A stretch of DNA of 64,000 nucleotides from Clostridiales bacterium DTU032 (lineage in GTDB: Bacteria > Bacillota > Clostridia > Saccharofermentanales > DTU023): NCBI GenBank assembly GCA_001512745.1, contig LFSM01000075.1, positions 80,637-144,636 on the forward strand, written 5' to 3'. Under the pieces are notes generated by a model. That model was not told where the DNA came from. It saw only the letters and a program-made list of their open reading frames with translations, and did no database searches. Shown one piece after another: positions 8,659 to 18,261 of the stretch. Position 1 is the first letter of the stretch, and each line of letters starts with the position of its first letter. The translations under genes and the position numbers were made by a program.

Positions 8659-10692
8659 ATGTGCGACATGACTTTACTAAGTATTAACAATATATCAAAA
8701 TCGTACGCAGCCGTAAAGGTACTTGAGGGTGTTGATCTCAACATTATGCCCGGAGATAAAATCGCCTTGATCGGTGACAACGGCGCCGGCAAGACCACCC
8801 TGCTGCGACTTATCGCCGGCAGTGAAACTCCGGACCCCGAATTCGGCAGCATAAAACTCGCGCGCGGTACAGTCGTGGGATATCTGGAACAGCAACTGGA
8901 TCACTTAAATGCAAACAGTGATTTTGCCCTGGAAGACCCGGAAATTGCTGCAGTTGAACAAGAGATTCTCGATTTGCAGACTGAACTGGAAAACTGTAGC
9001 GATAACAATCTTGATATACTTATGCAAAAGTATGCCGGGGCACAGGATCGTTATGAAGCCCTGGGCGGATTCAGCTTCCGCCAGCGTCTTCAGGCCACAT
9101 TAAACGCATTTTCTCTGGACGAGACCACGATCAGACGCCCTCTGGAATATCTTTCCGGAGGCGAACGCATGCGTGTAGCTCTGGCCCGGCTTTTGCTGCG
9201 ATCTCCTGACCTTCTCTTGCTGGACGAGCCTACCAACCATCTGGACCAGAAAGCAATAGACTGGCTGGAGGATTATCTGAATAAGATGACCTCAGCAGTT
9301 CTCTTTGTTTCGCATGACCGCGCTTTTATCAATAAGGTGGCCAACAAGACCGCTGAACTTAACACAGGCAAAATCAGAATGTATTCCGGCAATTACACAA
9401 AATATCTGGAACAAAAAGCTTTTGAAGAAAAGACTTTGGAACGGCGTATTTATCACATTGAAAAAAAACTGCAAAGGCAGGAAGAGATTACCCAGACTAT
9501 GCTGTCGCATCGAAAAATCGCTCAGTATCACAGCAGTGAAATAAAAGAGAGTCGCATAAGCGATGAGCTGGCTGCTTTACGCAATTTCAAAAGATCTTCA
9601 CATAAGCGCATGAGTTTCAAACCGGTACAAGAGCCGGCACAGACCAGTTCACGCCGTGAACAGATCGCAATGGAAGTTAAAGATCTCAGTGTCCGCTTTG
9701 AAGGAGAGTCTGATCCTATCTTCGAAAATTTAACCTTTAATCTGATCAAGGGTAAGCACCTTGTTCTTGTTGGCAGGAACGGTTGTGGCAAGACAACACT
9801 CTTAAAAACACTGATGGGAGAAATTCATCAAAACAAAGGCACTATTCGTAGTGCCGCTAATCTGACTTTCGCCTTCCTCGGTCAGGAGGCAAAATTTGAT
9901 GATTATGAAAAAACAGTACTGGAGCAATTGCTTATTCTCCAGCCTCAGCTAAATGATGCAAAAGCACGCAGTGAGCTGGCACGTGTTGGCTTCAGCGGGG
10001 ATACGGTCTTTCATAAGACAGGCAGTCTCTCCGGCGGAGAACGTTCTCGTTTATTTCTCTGCGCCCTCCTCCAGGATAAGCCGGACGTACTTTTCATGGA
10101 TGAGCCGACAAACCATCTGGATATATATTCACGTGAACTGCTGGAAGACGCACTGAACGAATTTACAGGCACCATTCTCGCAGTTTCGCATGACCGCTAC
10201 TTCATTGAGCATATTGCTGAAGAAGTCTGGGGCATGCTCGACGGCGGGATTGATGTTTTCTCAAATCTAGCTGAGTACAGAGAAGCAGAAAGAGTGGCCG
10301 GCAGAAAGAAAATAGAAAGCAAAAAGCCGGACCCCCTGGAAGCATTACCAGAAAAACAGCTGAAGACGGCGGTTTCCTCAGAAAAGCCGCTTGAAATGCC
10401 GCTTTGGGATGATAGAGAAATTCATCTCTACCCTCTTCTGGCCAATCTGAAACAGTATCCTGCCAACAAAAGTGAGCGCCGCCGTGTTGTTGCAGATATT
10501 AACAAGCTCCTCAGAGAAGTTGATAGTAATCTCTCCCGTCATCAGGAAGAGAAGATTTCTCTGGAAAAAAATTTCACCCGGGTTGAGTCGGGTGAAATCT
10601 ATCATGATTATGCAGACCTCCTGCAAACTATTGAAGCAGAGGAATTACTTTACCTGCAGCTGATGGAAATCGCAGAAGATATCAAGAGCTGA
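8659..10692 (+). CDS. ABC-F family ATPase (soluble, two ABC cassettes; probable ribosome-associated factor)
   Basis: 677 aa with Walker A motifs GDNGAGKTT and GRNGCGKTT and signatures LSGGERMR and LSGGERSR. A charged inter-domain linker is present and there are no TM segments. The start could also be ATG 8668. Confidence 0.88.
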   Translation: MCDMTLLSINNISKSYAAVKVLEGVDLNIMPGDKIALIGDNGAGKTTLLRLIAGSETPDPEFGSIKLARGTVVGYLEQQLDHLNANSDFALEDPEIAAVEQEILDLQTELENCSDNNLDILMQKYAGAQDRYEALGGFSFRQRLQATLNAFSLDETTIRRPLEYLSGGERMRVALARLLLRSPDLLLLDEPTNHLDQKAIDWLEDYLNKMTSAVLFVSHDRAFINKVANKTAELNTGKIRMYSGNYTKYLEQKAFEEKTLERRIYHIEKKLQRQEEITQTMLSHRKIAQYHSSEIKESRISDELAALRNFKRSSHKRMSFKPVQEPAQTSSRREQIAMEVKDLSVRFEGESDPIFENLTFNLIKGKHLVLVGRNGCGKTTLLKTLMGEIHQNKGTIRSAANLTFAFLGQEAKFDDYEKTVLEQLLILQPQLNDAKARSELARVGFSGDTVFHKTGSLSGGERSRLFLCALLQDKPDVLFMDEPTNHLDIYSRELLEDALNEFTGTILAVSHDRYFIEHIAEEVWGMLDGGIDVFSNLAEYREAERVAGRKKIESKKPDPLEALPEKQLKTAVSSEKPLEMPLWDDREIHLYPLLANLKQYPANKSERRRVVADINKLLREVDSNLSRHQEEKISLEKNFTRVESGEIYHDYADLLQTIEAEELLYLQLMEIAEDIKS

Positions 10693-10704
10693 CTTGCATG
10701 AGAA

Positions 10705-12015
10705 TCAAAGGCGCCCAAAGACAAACTTGCCTGCGGCTCCCTCCTTCAGTTCACCATCTTCAACAACCCATTTGCCACGGCTCATAGTTGAAACAACTCT
10801 GGCATTGACCGCCAGTCCCAGATAGGGACTGTCATCTGCTGCAGAATGAAGTTCATCTATTACTGCAGGACCTTCACGGTAGAGGACAATATCCGCATCG
10901 CTGCCGGGGGCGATAACACCTTTTTGCGGATAAAGGCCGAACATCTTCGCCGGATTCACAGTCAGCCGGTCAATAACCCCCTTGCCGTAAAAGGAATGCA
11001 TCAGCGGAAAAAGATACTCCAAACCACCCATACCCATAGGCATTACAGCCAGATTTCCTTCAGCCTTGCGCTTGGCATCCAAAGTAAAAGGACAATGGTC
11101 TGTAGCAAAAACACTAATCTCGCGCCAGTTTTTACGCAGCAATTCGCCTTGTTCTACTGAGCGTAAAGGCGGGGTAATCGTGTAACGGTAATAGTCTTCC
11201 CTTCCGTATACTGATTCATCAAAAACGAAATACTGAGGGGCACTCTCAAGAAACAAATTCTTATGCAGAATATCGCTATACTCATTTTTCAGCATTTCAA
11301 TCGTCTCACCACAATTAACATGTACTATATAACTGTTGCCACGGTGTTTTCTGGTCCACTCTGCAATCTTGCGCACTTCCTCAATCTCGCACTCAGGCGG
11401 GCGGTTCTGTGCCAAATTCCGTGCATCCTTGTTTTCATGGTTGATCAGAGCATCGTCTTCCGCATGAATGATAATACGCACATCAGCCTGAGCAGATCTT
11501 TCAATAAAAGCTTCAACTGTTTGCGGAGAGGAATAAATACCTGAAGGCCTGTATGTCGTGTAGAGCTTAATTGAAGGTGTCCCCTGAGCTACTGCCTGAT
11601 CTGCCATCTCACCTGCACTGTCTTTCAGCTCTTTTGCCGAAGCGTGCAAAGCGTAGTCGACCAAAACGTCCTTTGTGATTGCCATCTTTTCCCTGAAAAA
11701 ATCACGCATCTCTGCTACACTGGCAGCTTCGCCCAGGAAATCAATAAATGTGGTAACACCACCGTAAGCTGCAGCAATACTGCCACTGTGATAATCATCA
11801 CAGGACAGGTTTCCACCGGCACCATTGAGAGAAATATGGACATGTGCATCGATTATTCCGGGAGCCACGAACAAACCGCTGGCATCTGTACTTTGCTCTG
11901 CGTCAAATATTTCCGGAGAAAGCAAAGCGATCTTTCCGGCATTGATATAGACATTGGTGTCTATAAACTCTCCATCCTGATAAACCTGGCCATTTATTAT
12001 CCTGTGGTCATACAT
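10705..12015 (-). CDS. Cyclic amidohydrolase (dihydropyrimidinase/hydantoinase/dihydroorotase-like)
   Basis: 436 aa with the metal motif GIIDAHVHI and a later HAED and TDHCP pattern typical of the amidohydrolase superfamily. RBS is GGAGAGGAG. Confidence 0.8.
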   Translation of the reverse strand: MYDHRIINGQVYQDGEFIDTNVYINAGKIALLSPEIFDAEQSTDASGLFVAPGIIDAHVHISLNGAGGNLSCDDYHSGSIAAAYGGVTTFIDFLGEAASVAEMRDFFREKMAITKDVLVDYALHASAKELKDSAGEMADQAVAQGTPSIKLYTTYRPSGIYSSPQTVEAFIERSAQADVRIIIHAEDDALINHENKDARNLAQNRPPECEIEEVRKIAEWTRKHRGNSYIVHVNCGETIEMLKNEYSDILHKNLFLESAPQYFVFDESVYGREDYYRYTITPPLRSVEQGELLRKNWREISVFATDHCPFTLDAKRKAEGNLAVMPMGMGGLEYLFPLMHSFYGKGVIDRLTVNPAKMFGLYPQKGVIAPGSDADIVLYREGPAVIDELHSAADDSPYLGLAVNARVVSTMSRGKWVVEDGELKEGAAGKFVFGRL

Positions 12016-12050
12016 AAAAAGATTTCTCCTCTCCCTTGCTATACAAATAT

Positions 12051-13487
12051 TTACTTAAGAAGTTTTTCCAGTAACTCAATGGCTTTAGCCAGCTGAGTAT
12101 CCTCTTCGAGACTTAATTGATTAACAGGTTTTCTGCCAGCCTCTTCATCCAAAATAATTTCCTCATCCGGAACAAGACCAATCTTATTAATCGATTCGCC
12201 TTTTGGCAAAAAATACTCGAAAGTTGTCACTTGGATCGCTGAATTATCCGATAAACTCCAAGTTAAAGTGCCGACGCCTTTACCATAGGTCCGCTCTCCA
12301 ATAAGAATTGCCTTGTCAAGATCTCTCAGCACCCCGGAAAACAGTTCACTGGCACTGGCTGAGTATTGGTTCAGCAGAATTGCAAAAGTCATATCTTCCG
12401 GTACAAGAGCCGCTTTTTTCGTCTTCCAATATTCTGTATATTCCTTGCCGTCAGATCGGCCTTCTACTGTAGCTATCGTCTGTGGCGGCAAAAGGACATC
12501 CAGCATATCTATGCATTGGTAAGCATAACCACCTCCGTTACTGCGCAAGTCAATAACAAGGTGCCGGGCTCCCTTATCCATCAGGTCCCGGACTGCTTTC
12601 TCAAAATTTTCTGCTGCATGAGCAGAAAATTCCGTCAGTCGGATGTAGCCGATACCTTCCTGGAGCATCTCATATGTAAGCGAGGCATTAGTGATTTTTT
12701 TGCGTATGATGTCCTGTACTATCTCACGATTTTCAGAGGGACGGAAAAAGGTGATGTTGACCGGAGTGCCATCTTCGCCACGTATCATATTTGCCAGCTG
12801 AGACACATCATTTATATCCGTAGTAGCTTTGTCCTCAACTGCAATGATCCTGTCACCAATGGCCACACCGGCCTCTTCCGCCGGACTGTTCATGACAACG
12901 TCGTTGACAACAAAATAACCGGTATCGTCCATCATCACAATGGCACCAATACCACTATACTCGCCACTCATTGAATCTTGAGTTGCCTGATTATCCTCAG
13001 CACTCAGATAGAAGGTATAGGGACTTTCCATATTATCTGCCAGTCCCTGAGTCATAATCTCAATTAATTCTGCGTGCGGGAGTTCTTCAATATAATTTTC
13101 ATGGATCAGATCATATACTTCACGCAGCTTGCTCAGAGCATCATCTACCCCTTCTTCTGCGGGGAAGCGTAAAGAATACGCATCTCCATCTTCTGCTTCA
13201 ACAAAGCTCAGACGATTACCTCCCAGCTCGCGGATAGCATCACCATAAAAAACATAAAGCAGACCCACTGTCAGCAAAAAAGTAATCGTCGCAGTTAAAA
13301 ATACTGCCAGAAAGACTCGCCAGCGCAAAGCGCGTTTGCGTGCTCTTTTCTCTTCTCCCTCAGCATCCAGAGGGAATTTTGGCGGATAAGTTCCAAACCT
13401 GTTCGTTTGTACTTGCGGGTTCAGCGGCGGCTGAGCATAGGGATCATGAAAATTCGGGGAATTCTGACCTTGTGGTTGTTCTTGCAT
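12051..13487 (-). CDS. ctpA: C-terminal processing (S41) peptidase with PDZ domain, membrane anchored
   Basis: 478 aa with an N-terminal TM anchor and the S41 motifs RSNGGGY, NQYSASASE and GERTYGKG. Confidence 0.88.
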   Translation of the reverse strand: MQEQPQGQNSPNFHDPYAQPPLNPQVQTNRFGTYPPKFPLDAEGEEKRARKRALRWRVFLAVFLTATITFLLTVGLLYVFYGDAIRELGGNRLSFVEAEDGDAYSLRFPAEEGVDDALSKLREVYDLIHENYIEELPHAELIEIMTQGLADNMESPYTFYLSAEDNQATQDSMSGEYSGIGAIVMMDDTGYFVVNDVVMNSPAEEAGVAIGDRIIAVEDKATTDINDVSQLANMIRGEDGTPVNITFFRPSENREIVQDIIRKKITNASLTYEMLQEGIGYIRLTEFSAHAAENFEKAVRDLMDKGARHLVIDLRSNGGGYAYQCIDMLDVLLPPQTIATVEGRSDGKEYTEYWKTKKAALVPEDMTFAILLNQYSASASELFSGVLRDLDKAILIGERTYGKGVGTLTWSLSDNSAIQVTTFEYFLPKGESINKIGLVPDEEIILDEEAGRKPVNQLSLEEDTQLAKAIELLEKLLK

Positions 13488-13501
13488 AATTTACCTCATT
13501 T

Positions 13502-13533
13502 AAAAACGGCAAGGCCGGATTAACCGGACCTTG
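13502..13533 (-). terminator. Putative intrinsic terminator after the M23 peptidase gene
   Basis: On the - strand: CAAGG(U)CCGG-UUAAU-CCGGCCUUG hairpin with one bulge, followed by CCGUUUUUAAA. Confidence 0.45.
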
Positions 13534-13573
13534 TAGCATACATAGTAAAACAAATATAATGATATCTGATTTT

Positions 13574-14809
13574 TTAATAATACGATAGAGGATTTGTCGG
13601 TGTACCGTAAGTAAGAATTTCAAAATGCAGATGTGGTCCGGTGGAATTTCCGGTAGAGCCGATGAAACCAATTACCTGGCCCCTGGATACGGACTGACCG
13701 TAGTAGCAATTATAAGCACTTAGGTGTGCATATCGTGTGCTATATCCATCGCCATGGTCCACAATAATCAAATTGCCATAGCCTCCCAGCCATCCGGCGT
13801 ATGTAACTGTGCCGCCACGGGCAGCGATCACATTAGATCCCATTCCTGCTGCAATATCTACACCTTGATGCCATTCCCAACCACGCCAGCCGAAATAGGA
13901 AGTTATATAAGCACTGGAGGGTACCGGCCAGGCAAAGGAACCACCGCTCGGAACTGCACTGCCACCACCACCTGACGGAGTTTCTGCCGGTACCTGTGGA
14001 CTGGTCGGTTTTGGTTTATTTTCAGTCGCATACTGATTGGTATAATAGTCTACGTCAGCTTTAGCATCATCTTTGATCGAAGTCAGATTCTCTTCCTTTT
14101 GCCTGAAGAGACTTAATGAGTATAATGCTTCATCCAGCTCGCCCTGAGTCATTTCCTGATCTGCCTTGATCTGTTGCAGAACCGCATCTGCTTCTTCGGC
14201 TAATACTTTTAGCTCATTATATGAGTTTTCAGAACGAAGGCGCATTGTTTCAGCTTCTTTTGTAGCACTTTCCAGATCATCCAAGGCTTGTTCATCGGCA
14301 TCAGAAACAACTTTCATAAAGCGGACGGTCGTGAAAAAAGACTGCAAACTATCAGATGACAGCAGCAGCTCGAGCAGGCTCTTGCTCTGCCACTTATACA
14401 TCTGGGAAATGCGTTTGCCATATTCTTCCTGTTTGTTACTCAGCTTTTGCAGGGACTGCTGATAGGCCGTTTCATCTTCCAGCATGATGGCGTAAGCTGT
14501 TTCCCTTTGCTGTAAAGCATCCTGATAGACTTTATTCTGTTCTTCAGTGCGATATGCCAGCCAGCTCAAATCATCTGACAGACGGTCTTGTGCTGAGCTC
14601 AGATCATTCAGTTGGGTCTGGGTGGCTTCTAATTCCGATTCCAGATCACTAAGATATTTTTTGGCTTCGTCTAACTTTTCTTTAGTTGTTTTACCTTCAA
14701 CAGAAACAGGAAAGATCAAGACCATGGTTAGCAAAAACACCAGAGTCAGAGAGCTTATCCGTAAGAAATTAACTAGCTTAGTTTTTGTTCGATTAACTTG
14801 TAAAGTCAA
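13574..14809 (-). CDS. Coiled-coil M23/LytM peptidase (EnvC/PcsB-like FtsEX partner candidate)
   Basis: The C-terminus has the M23 motifs HQGVDI and GSTGNSTGPHLHFE, and the N-terminal half is long and Q/E/L-rich. Start chosen is TTG 14809, which has RBS GGGAGA with a 7-nt spacer and gives a signal-anchor N-terminus. The ORF-track start at 14965 would overlap ftsX. Confidence 0.85.
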   Translation of the reverse strand: MTLQVNRTKTKLVNFLRISSLTLVFLLTMVLIFPVSVEGKTTKEKLDEAKKYLSDLESELEATQTQLNDLSSAQDRLSDDLSWLAYRTEEQNKVYQDALQQRETAYAIMLEDETAYQQSLQKLSNKQEEYGKRISQMYKWQSKSLLELLLSSDSLQSFFTTVRFMKVVSDADEQALDDLESATKEAETMRLRSENSYNELKVLAEEADAVLQQIKADQEMTQGELDEALYSLSLFRQKEENLTSIKDDAKADVDYYTNQYATENKPKPTSPQVPAETPSGGGGSAVPSGGSFAWPVPSSAYITSYFGWRGWEWHQGVDIAAGMGSNVIAARGGTVTYAGWLGGYGNLIIVDHGDGYSTRYAHLSAYNCYYGQSVSRGQVIGFIGSTGNSTGPHLHFEILTYGTPTNPLSYY

Positions 14810-14916
14810 GTGATCATCTCCCAAAGCAGAAATACCTGCTCTTGCACATTCTACATTAGCACTTTTTTCATGTCCATTTATTACATGGCAATAACATTTA
14901 TCCTGCAGCAGCGCAA

Positions 14917-15819
14917 TTACACCTTTGCATGTTTCCTGACCGACAGCATACTGGCGAGGAAGCATAAAACAAAAGCCACCAGCAAGTTAATTCCTGTTAT
15001 GCTGCCGATAACTTTTGAATTGGGCAAGAGCGTGAAGGCACCCTGACTGATCCCGCTCAGTCCCCTGCTAAAACGATTTTGAATATAAACATAAAGCAGG
15101 CCGGAAGCAAGGCTGGCAAGCAGCGCACCAATGAAACCCGACATCACACCTTCAATTATAAAGGGAAGCTCAATAAAGCCTTTCGTGGCTCCAAGATATT
15201 TCATGATATTTATCTCATTGGATCGGGATAGAACAGCCACTCTGATCATGTTGGCCACTATCAGAGCCGAGACTACAGAAAGTACAATGAAAACAATAAT
15301 GCCAATACGGTTCGTCCACATAGAAAGCTTGCTCAGAAGCTTCATAACTTCTGTTTCCATCATAACCTCATAGACATCAGGCATTGATTCCACAGTTGTT
15401 TTGAACTCTGCACCATAATCCGGGTCGGTCAAACGCACATTGAAGGTGTAAGGTATGTTATCCTCCACTGAGAATCCTTCCCAAAGTTCTTCTTTTCCTA
15501 TATCTTCTTTGAAGTTTTGGAAATTCATCTCAGGAGTGAATTCCGCATACTCAACAATGTTTTCAGTATCACTAGAGAGCAGTTGCCGCATCTGTTCGAT
15601 GCTGGATGCTTCAGCACCGACCCGCATAGAAATTGTTATCGGCGGCTGCTGAGCAGCTATCTTCGACAAATGTGATGCGTTACGGGAAAAAACGACAAAA
15701 ACGCTCAGCAGGAAAAGCATTAAAGTTAAGGTAAGAACTGAAGCAATAAGTAGCAAAGGATGGCGGCCCAGATTACGAATACCGGCTTTGCCGGCATAGC
15801 GTATTTCGTTTATTTTCAT
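14917..15819 (-). CDS. ftsX: Cell division ABC transporter permease FtsX
   Basis: 300 aa with TM1, a large extracellular loop and three further TMs. Its start overlaps the ftsE stop by 4 nt. Confidence 0.9.
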   Translation of the reverse strand: MKINEIRYAGKAGIRNLGRHPLLLIASVLTLTLMLFLLSVFVVFSRNASHLSKIAAQQPPITISMRVGAEASSIEQMRQLLSSDTENIVEYAEFTPEMNFQNFKEDIGKEELWEGFSVEDNIPYTFNVRLTDPDYGAEFKTTVESMPDVYEVMMETEVMKLLSKLSMWTNRIGIIVFIVLSVVSALIVANMIRVAVLSRSNEINIMKYLGATKGFIELPFIIEGVMSGFIGALLASLASGLLYVYIQNRFSRGLSGISQGAFTLLPNSKVIGSITGINLLVAFVLCFLASMLSVRKHAKV

Positions 15820-16841
15820 TTAAAAAACTCCCCGGGCTCTATTTTGTTTCCTTCCGAGCTGTCCTGAGCTTCATGAGACGAAAGCACTTCATCCTGCCTG
15901 CGCATAGCCTCACGTTGTTTTACCCGTTCGTCTATTTTCTTTAAAATCTCTTTCATTTCTTCAGTTCGGTTAAGAGACGAATATCGCTTGCGCCTGTTTT
16001 CTGAGTCCTGAGCCAGACTATCAAGCAAGTTTATCCTCTCTGTGCTTGGCGGAGTGCTTTCGCTAAATTCTGCGAAAGCTTCTGTTTCATCTGCTTCGAA
16101 ATCCGACACGGATGCGCTGCTATGTTCAATACTGGTTACTTCCCTGTCCGTGGAAGCGCAGTAGTAATTACCACAGTACTCATCACGTGTAATCCTGCCT
16201 TTTTCCAGCTGCAAGACACGTTTTTGCATTTTATTGACCAAGTTCTGGTCATGAGTGCAGGCGATAATCGTGGTACCATTGCGATTTATCCGCTCAAGCA
16301 AAGCCATGATGGCTTCACCATTTACAGGATCAAGGTTTCCGGTAGGTTCATCTGCCAAAATCAGACGTGGATTATTAACCAAAGCTCTGGCGATACCTAC
16401 ACGCTGGCCTTCACCACCGGACAATTGCGCAGGATACACATCAGCCTTGTTTTTCAAACCAACCACAGAAAGAACCAAAGGTACCCGCCTTTTGATCTCT
16501 TTCGGCGAGGCACCTGTAACCTCCATCGCATAGGCGACATTTTCTGCTACCGTTCTGGAAGGAATCAGTCTGAAATCCTGGAAGATCATACCGATTTTTC
16601 GACGCAAAAAAGGTACGTATTTATCAGGAAGTTCTGTAACTTCCTGACCTCCCAGTATTACTGAGCCATGGCTGGGCCGCTCTTCACAAGTCAGCAGTTT
16701 GACAATGGTAGATTTGCCTGCTCCGCTTTCCCCGATCACAAAAACAAATTCACCGGACTCTACACTGAAGGAAATATCATGTAAAGCCCGGGTGCCGTTA
16801 GGATAAATTTTGTTAACATCTTTAAATTCGATCATGTTCAT
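15816..16841 (-). CDS. ftsE: Cell division ATP-binding protein FtsE with about 115-aa C-terminal extension
   Basis: 341 aa with Walker A GESGAGKST, signature LSGGEGQR and Walker B ILADEPTGNLD. The core ends near aa 225 and is followed by an acidic/charged tail. Confidence 0.9.
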   Translation of the reverse strand: MNMIEFKDVNKIYPNGTRALHDISFSVESGEFVFVIGESGAGKSTIVKLLTCEERPSHGSVILGGQEVTELPDKYVPFLRRKIGMIFQDFRLIPSRTVAENVAYAMEVTGASPKEIKRRVPLVLSVVGLKNKADVYPAQLSGGEGQRVGIARALVNNPRLILADEPTGNLDPVNGEAIMALLERINRNGTTIIACTHDQNLVNKMQKRVLQLEKGRITRDEYCGNYYCASTDREVTSIEHSSASVSDFEADETEAFAEFSESTPPSTERINLLDSLAQDSENRRKRYSSLNRTEEMKEILKKIDERVKQREAMRRQDEVLSSHEAQDSSEGNKIEPGEFFK

Positions 16842-16865
16842 TATCGAGAATTACTCCAATAAGTA

Positions 16866-17999
16866 CTAAATCACCGGTATGGAGCTGCCCGACTTCCTGT
16901 CGCCGCGCACACTGCCGGCAGTCTTATTGCCAGAATCCTGATATTCCAGATACTTACGAACCATCTGAGCCAGTTTAAATAAAACCGCATCATCAAAGTT
17001 TCTCAAATCCAGTCCGGTAATCTTTTCAACCTTATCCAGTCTATAAACCAAGGTATTACGGTGTACAAAAAGCTGACGGCTGGTCTCACTGCCGTTCAAA
17101 TTGTTTTCAAAAAACTTTTGAATGGTAAGCAGGGTTTCATCGTCCAAAGCTTCATAGGCGCCATCCTCAAAGACTTCGGAAAGGAATAACTCACAGAGAG
17201 TTTTCGGCAGTTGATAAATCAAACGGCCTAATCCCAGTCTGTCATAGCGCATTATGCTCGATTCTTCGTCAAAAATCTGACCGACAATTAAAGCCATTGA
17301 AGCTTCGCGATATGATTTCGCTGTATCTTTCAATGTTTCCGCAGGCATGCTGACGCCAATATAGGCATGCGTTTTTGCTTCTGTATTAATTGTATCAAGT
17401 ATCAAAGATGATTCTTCACTGGCCGTCCGCGACTTATCGCCTGAGTGTATTTCCAGCATGACAACAATATTTTCTTCATCCATGGGGAAAACAAAATCGC
17501 GTTCCCAGTCAGGAAAAAGATGCTCCAGAACTGTCAGCACATCAGCAGACTTGCCCGGGTTAACCCTGACAATATAGATCTGGCGGGGAACCGGATAAGA
17601 TATTTTAAGATCTCTTGCTTTTAACGGTACATCTCCCGGCAATTCATTTTCCAACAAAACATTCTTGATAAATGTTTCTTTCTCTTCAACATTGTCTTTC
17701 TCGACATAGGATGATTCAATCCAACGTTTGAGCAATTCAAGGTAAACCTGAGACTGCTCATCTTTGCCATCTACAAAGCAGATCAGACTGTTGCGCGTAC
17801 GATCAATCTTCATATAGGCACGATCACCGCTAAAAACGATATGTTCATCTGACGCCAGAACTGCTTTTGCAACAGAATCCTCTGTGCCTTCGAGCTCAAC
17901 ATCGGTCGATGCCAGCACTGAGCCTTCGTGGTCCAGCACACCAGCTGTGCGGTCCATAAAGCTAGCGGCTTCTTGCATGTATTTTTTTAATTCTTCCAT
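16866..17999 (-). CDS. PucR/CdaR-family transcriptional regulator
   Basis: The C-terminal PucR-type HTH is ETSRQLFVHRNTLVYRLDKVEKITGLDL. Start chosen is ATG 17999, with RBS GGAAAGGTG. The ORF-track start at 18077 would add a hydrophobic 26-aa extension. Confidence 0.8.
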   Translation of the reverse strand: MEELKKYMQEAASFMDRTAGVLDHEGSVLASTDVELEGTEDSVAKAVLASDEHIVFSGDRAYMKIDRTRNSLICFVDGKDEQSQVYLELLKRWIESSYVEKDNVEEKETFIKNVLLENELPGDVPLKARDLKISYPVPRQIYIVRVNPGKSADVLTVLEHLFPDWERDFVFPMDEENIVVMLEIHSGDKSRTASEESSLILDTINTEAKTHAYIGVSMPAETLKDTAKSYREASMALIVGQIFDEESSIMRYDRLGLGRLIYQLPKTLCELFLSEVFEDGAYEALDDETLLTIQKFFENNLNGSETSRQLFVHRNTLVYRLDKVEKITGLDLRNFDDAVLFKLAQMVRKYLEYQDSGNKTAGSVRGDRKSGSSIPVI

Positions 18000-18193
18000 T
18001 TTCTGCACCTTTCCTGACGCTTCGAATACACCGGTCACGAGCAATAAAGCGAGCGGTATTAGTAAAATTAACATCATTTAAAGTATTCTAGCACATGCAT
18101 AAAGCTCATGCATAAAAAAACGCAAAATTGAGATCCGGAAAGAGATAACTCAGTCAAGATATCAATCAACTGCTATGTCGTCAGTTTTACCAT

Positions 18194-18225
18194 AAAAACC
18201 GGGGTTGCTCTTGTGAGCAGCCCCG
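18194..18225 (-). terminator. Intrinsic terminator of fhs
   Basis: On the - strand: CGGGGCUGCUC-ACAA-GAGCAACCCCG followed by GUUUUUAUGG, about 35 nt after the fhs stop. Confidence 0.7.
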
Positions 18226-18261
18226 ATTAAATAATAAAAATAGTTTCAGAACAAGTTCGGC

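Noticed and set aside
12366-12974. Long antisense ORFs opposite real genes: 12366-12974, 18628-19296, 16122-16664, 4679-5191 and 58938-59423.
   Set aside because: Each lies entirely within, and antisense to, a gene with unambiguous family motifs. Their translations are low-complexity or Ser/Arg/Cys-rich and have no RBS. They are typical shadow ORFs.
14810-14965. N-terminal 52 codons of the ORF-track version of the M23 peptidase gene.
   Set aside because: They would overlap the 3' end of ftsX by 49 nt and encode a Cys/His-rich non-secretory sequence. TTG 14809 has a proper RBS and yields a signal-anchor N-terminus.
18078-18095. Leaderless transcript for the PucR-type regulator, from TGCTAGAAT immediately upstream of ATG 18077.
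   Set aside because: The first 26 codons are purely hydrophobic and atypical for this family. An internal ATG at 17999 has a good RBS and matches the usual N-terminus, so the -10-like element more likely gives a normal leader of about 80 nt.
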